Source: Octopus bimaculoides (Eukaryota). From it: DNA of 64,000 bases. The notes beneath the pieces are model-generated. The model saw only the letters and a program-made list of their open reading frames with translations, made no database searches and was not told where the DNA came from. The translations under genes and the position numbers were made by a program. Location of the stretch: positions 10,384,457 to 10,448,456 of the forward strand of contig NC_068983.1 in assembly GCF_001194135.2 (NCBI RefSeq), in the 5' to 3' direction. Shown here piece by piece: positions 63,908-64,000 of this stretch; positions within the stretch are counted from its first letter, which is position 1; each line of letters starts with the position of its first letter.

Positions 63908-63941
<34 letters not shown>

Positions 63942-64000
63942 ATATATATATATGTATGTATATATATATATATGTATGTATATATATATATATGTATGTA
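63900..64000. repeat. Compound (TA)n/(TATG)n microsatellite at the window end
   Basis: Seen directly. Confidence 0.95.

Noticed and set aside
58774-64000. Further 5' ICE1 exons, e.g. a donor-like site near 63685
   Set aside because: No convincing phase-compatible open exon identified; the gap at 61592-61806 or sequence beyond the window may hold them.

Overview
AT-rich, microsatellite- and SINE-dense animal genomic DNA. The repeat families suggest octopus/cephalopod; this is an inference. There are five N gaps: 12703-12710, 13504-13513, 44106-44609, 51826-52147 and 61592-61806. I assembled three spliced protein-coding genes by hand from splice signals, phase continuity and recognisable protein motifs. 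(1) The last three coding exons of ARL8 (+, 8797-12408). (2) A complete 3-exon MED11 (-, 25433-16268, 135 aa). (3) At least 16 exons of an ICE1/KIAA0947-like Little Elongation Complex scaffold gene (-, 58773-28576, about 2100 codons nominal, 5' end not found). ICE1 has a ~4.6 kb exon carrying a large 21-bp tandem array that encodes roughly 55-65 heptads of F-N-[N/S]-P-[E/A]-T-[K/I]; this is the most striking feature of the window. Introns hold several tRNA-derived SINE families, RTE LINE fragments with a PHD finger inside the RT region, two CRE-like RLE retrotransposon relics, and a Penelope-like relic with tRNA-like and hammerhead-like 3' segments. They also hold mariner, hAT and piggyBac-like MITEs, a decayed 28S rRNA fragment and three long inverted repeats. 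No database search was run; family assignments rest on recalled motifs.
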